The translations under genes were made by a program, and so were the position numbers. A stretch of DNA of 63,986 nt from Octopus bimaculoides (Eukaryota). Location of the stretch: the NCBI RefSeq assembly GCF_001194135.2, contig NC_068992.1, forward strand, positions 36,707,702 through 36,771,687. Reading direction: 5' to 3'. Of the stretch, positions 62,343 through 63,986 are shown in pieces; the first letter of the stretch is position 1, and each line of letters begins with the position of its first letter. The notes below the pieces were generated by a model. It worked only from the letters and a program-made list of their open reading frames with translations, had not been told where the DNA came from and did not search any database.

Positions 62343-62343
<1 letters not shown>
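58431..62343 (-). mobile_element. R4/Dong-like LINE, family A copy 3, apparently full length (~3.9 kb, gap over RT core)
   Basis: N-terminus WT.EEY.SILHAYF...KLANIRR; NWKAHGHDKIPNFWLK; WQEKPLHGK; CRICGDGQEIINHIISG; KYTDLEIEVTRMW; (TAA)n at both ends. Confidence 0.92.
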
Positions 62344-62376
<33 letters not shown>

Positions 62377-62465
62377 GTTGTTGTTGTTGTTATTATTATT
62401 ATCATTCAATTAATAATAAAATGACAACAATAGAAACGAGAACTCGATATTTTGAAAATAGAGGA

Positions 62466-62499
<34 letters not shown>

Positions 62500-62783
62500 T
62501 AGGACAATCACTAAGTTGTCATAACAGAACTCAGAGTTTTAAATGCCCGAGCTAAAAGCTCCGGGGCATTTCCATCGGGTATTTTTGACGATGGACGCTA
62601 TGACAAAAACCGTTGAATAAAAGGAAGTTTTTCTAATAGGTATGAAAAATATAAAAGATATAAAATATAAAAAAAATTAAAATACACGCAACCACATTCT
62701 CACAATAGAAAATGCATACGTACACACACTCACACACACACACACACAAACACGCGCGCGCGCGCACATACACACACACACAA

Positions 62784-62817
<34 letters not shown>

Positions 62818-63209
62818 GCCCATACACACATTATTACATGCTCATATACACATCTCTCTCTCTACACACACACATATACAAACACAAGCATATATATATA
62901 TGAATAATGCCATTTCATCCTCGCAGAGATATATGCCTTCACTTATGGATGACATTTATACAAATAAATATACTCATGCACAAATGTAAACATATCTATA
63001 TATGTACACTTGTACAGGCATATATTCACACTCACCGCATATATGAATGTACACATATGTGCATACACACACGCATACGCATATATATGTATAAATATAT
63101 ACACATACGTATACATGCATACGGAACATCATCATCACAAAGTTCTGTATTTATACATATATACGTGTGTGTAGAGAGATGTGTATATGAGCATGTAATA
63201 ATGTGTATG

Positions 63210-63249
<40 letters not shown>

Positions 63250-63264
63250 TAAATGAAAAATAAT

Positions 63265-63986
63265 AATAAGGCAGAATGCTAAACTGAAAGCATATTTTAA
63301 TATAGATTTCAAAACACACCAAGATAAATATCCCCTTCAATTTAGCTAAATGGATTTGCACCATTGTCTCTGACCCAACCACTCGAGAAATACGCTTACA
63401 ACACCTCAAAAAAACACTATTACAACGCCAATATCCCTCCACATTCATAGACTTTGGAATAAAACGTTCCAAGGAACTTGACATAAACACACTAAAAACC
63501 AACCAACACAATAACACACCCAACCCCAAAATACTTCCATACATCTCCATCCACAACCCCAAAAACATCGAAGCACACACCACAATCAAACAAAACCTCC
63601 CCTTACTCACCACAGACCCGAAAATGAACAATATCATCAATACACACAAAGTCCTTAAATGCAAAAGGCAACACAAATCTTTGGAAAAACTCTTAGCGAA
63701 TGCCAAACTACATACACCAATTCCACCCCCATCAGTTAAAAAATGTTCACGCCCTAATTGTGGTACCTGCCCCTACCTACTTGAACGCTCTGAATTTACC
63801 TTCAAACGAGGAACAAAGTTTAAAATTAAAACCAATTTCTCTTGTTCCTCTGGGAACCTCATTTATGTCCTCACATGCGCAGGTTGCCAACACTATTATA
63901 TCTGACAGACGAGCCTCCCGTTGCGTAGAAGAGTAGCAGTCCATAAAGATCAAATAAATCTCCCTCAACACCGCCAAATTCCACTC
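63265..63986 (+). mobile_element. Penelope-like element (Neptune-type), 5'-truncated, runs off window end
   Basis: HTKINIPFNLA; KCSRPNCGTC; NLIYVLTCAGCQHYYI*QT; same family as 3430-4015 and 39013-40430. Confidence 0.9.

Noticed and set aside
62120-62343. HDV-like ribozyme in the Dong 5' UTR
   Set aside because: Looked for by analogy with R2 elements, but I could not draw the nested double pseudoknot by eye.

Overview
Repeat-dense, AT-rich eukaryotic DNA with eight N gaps and no host gene exon I can support; no rRNA, tRNA gene or CRISPR array is visible. The SINE families and very dense microsatellites suggest a coleoid cephalopod (Octopus-like); this is my recognition, not a database result. 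The window is a patchwork of decayed mobile elements: about seven Penelope-like (PLE) pieces, about nine R4/Dong-like LINE pieces stacked at (TAA)n, Tx1/L1-, RTE-, CR1- and HERO-like LINE fragments, a Ty3/Gypsy remnant, a mariner, hAT remnants, a composite non-autonomous Helitron, MITEs and tRNA-derived SINEs. The signal the ORF track misses is a set of hammerhead ribozyme (HHR) folds. A ~250-bp non-coding unit occurs three times at 40.8-42.0 kb (two direct copies, one inverted), each with a type I HHR core, a retrozyme-like layout. A near-perfect minimal HHR lies antisense inside a hAT transposase remnant (6.8 kb), and decayed HHRs sit in PLE termini. All folds were paired by eye; activity is untested. 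Most element boundaries are approximate.
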